From Klebsormidium nitens (Eukaryota; Plantae; Klebsormidiophyceae): DNA of 46,135 nucleotides. This document shows positions 45,896 through 46,135 of this stretch, one piece after another (position 1 is the stretch's first letter; each line of letters opens with the position of its first letter). Made by a program: the position numbers and the translations under genes. Location of the stretch: assembly GCA_000708835.1 (NCBI GenBank), contig DF237173.1:90855-136989 (forward strand), written 5' to 3'. The notes below the pieces were generated by a model. It had not been told where the DNA came from, did not search any database, and was given only the letters and a program-made list of their open reading frames with translations.

Positions 45896-46135
45896 GAGTG
45901 AATGGCAAATGAATAGGCAAGCGTGCTCGTGGAGCTACAGAACGCTACGTATACAAGTAGCGGCCCGGGCCCACGATCACGAATCAATTAAAATGTGGCA
46001 CATAGTGCCGAGTTCAGCGAATCAATGAATACCTAACAACGAATCGGGATTGGTTCCCACCAATCAAGCGTGTGCTAAACACAGCTTCTGACGCCCGTCA
46101 GCTCTACACGTGTTCGAAACAGTCTACAGAAGGAC

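Noticed and set aside
45299-45987. Short ORFs at the right end of the window
   Set aside because: No motifs and competing open frames. They could be part of a gene outside the window, but this cannot be supported here.

Overview
This is eukaryotic genomic DNA. It is GC-rich with GT-AG introns, so the bacterial-style ORF track fragments the real genes. The gene content suggests a streptophyte green alga such as Klebsormidium (inference only). Supported genes: (1) an intronless TIR-NB-ARC-LRR immune-receptor-like gene (158-2683, +); (2) a 9-exon, ~1187-aa type II membrane protein (14436-23801, -) carrying three different glycosyltransferase domains in tandem (GT31/chondroitin-synthase-N-like, O-fucosyltransferase-like, GT25-like) behind a putative CBM-like domain; (3) a 20-exon nardilysin-like M16A metallopeptidase (27375-39721, +); (4) a 2-exon MYND-finger protein (43356-45094, -); (5) an unknown ORF (40704-41570, -). 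Also present are a frameshifted Pro-rich HRGP-like locus, an internally duplicated exon-like locus of unknown function (about 4.0-9.9 kb), a TTAA-flanked piggyBac-like non-autonomous element and a small MITE-like element. The main candidate for a new system is the three-domain glycosyltransferase. A second recurring oddity is that exon edges, usually with their splice sites, are copied into the neighbouring intron at seven places, including two tandem arrays. No rRNA, tRNA or CRISPR array was recognised.
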